From: Octopus sinensis | Taxonomy: Eukaryota | Direction: 5' to 3' | DNA length: 64,000 bases | Assembly: GCF_006345805.1 (NCBI RefSeq) | Contig: NC_042999.1 | Coordinates: 26,846,001 to 26,910,000, forward strand | Part shown: positions 63,433 to 64,000 of the stretch, in pieces | How positions within the stretch are numbered: the stretch's first letter is position 1 | Layout: each line of letters begins with the position of its first letter | Translations under genes and position numbers: made by a program | Notes under the pieces: generated by a model | What the model saw: only the letters and a program-made list of their open reading frames with translations | Database searches by the model: none | What the model was told of the DNA's origin: nothing

Positions 63433-64000
63433 CGTAGGGTGTCTGTGTTCACTAGTCAAGACTTAACTTAGTAATTCAATACGTAACGACTGATAAAATA
63501 AATACTCGAGAAAACATTCACTGAGATGATATGATTAAATTAGTCATTTTTTTTTTGTTAGCATAGCTGTAATGAGTGAAGGTAATAAATTATTATAAAA
63601 GTGGCATGTTGAAACTCTGCAGTCATGTAAATCAAGAACGCATTTTCCGTTTTAGGATCTAAATCTTTTGTTGTTAATCATGCCCTTAATGTGGCAAAGT
63701 AAGATATATTTGTTTCTTATTTTCTATATCCTCGCATTATACTTTCCAAACAAGCAAATTAAAGAATATTTTGAAAGTGATATCTATTTCATCCCTATGT
63801 TATATTATCCATAAATTAGTCACAACCAAGGCATTTGCTCCTGCAAATGAACTAGCTACTCGGGGACCTACAATATTATACAGATTATCCTACCAGCGAT
63901 ATTGTTTCAGTTCCTCTGATGTTTGACCATGAGACAGCAAATGGATCAACCCTCTAATCAAGTTCTTTCATGTTTTATTGTGAAAGGGTTTCGACCACCC

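Overview
This is very AT-rich eukaryotic genomic DNA. The repeat complement (several tRNA-headed SINE families with internal (AT)n/(GT)n, R4/Dong-type LINE relics, Penelope-like elements, dense microsatellites) looks like an octopod cephalopod (Octopus) intronic or intergenic region; that species assignment is recognition, not a database result. No complete host gene can be identified, and nearly all long ORFs in the supplied track are translated microsatellites or antisense reads of repeats. The window is mostly a transposon graveyard: a Chapaev3-like transposase relic with an apparent intron, a non-autonomous Helitron, a full-length DD36E Tc1, further Tc1/mariner fragments, R4-clade LINE pieces, a Penelope-like element with an inverted pseudo-LTR, an internally deleted RTE keeping both ends, about 15 SINE copies and several foldback/MITE hairpins. 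The strongest lead is a ~190-bp element found only between (AT)n tracts that carries a minimal type-I hammerhead-ribozyme fold with the same non-canonical core (CUGUAGAA instead of CUGANGA) in two intact copies and one decayed copy. Other leads are recent repair or template-switch events (a foldback centred on an (AT)n, a templated insertion copied from 3.8 kb away), inverted SINE pairs that could form dsRNA, and a few orphan exon candidates. Percent identities are by-eye estimates and many boundaries are approximate.
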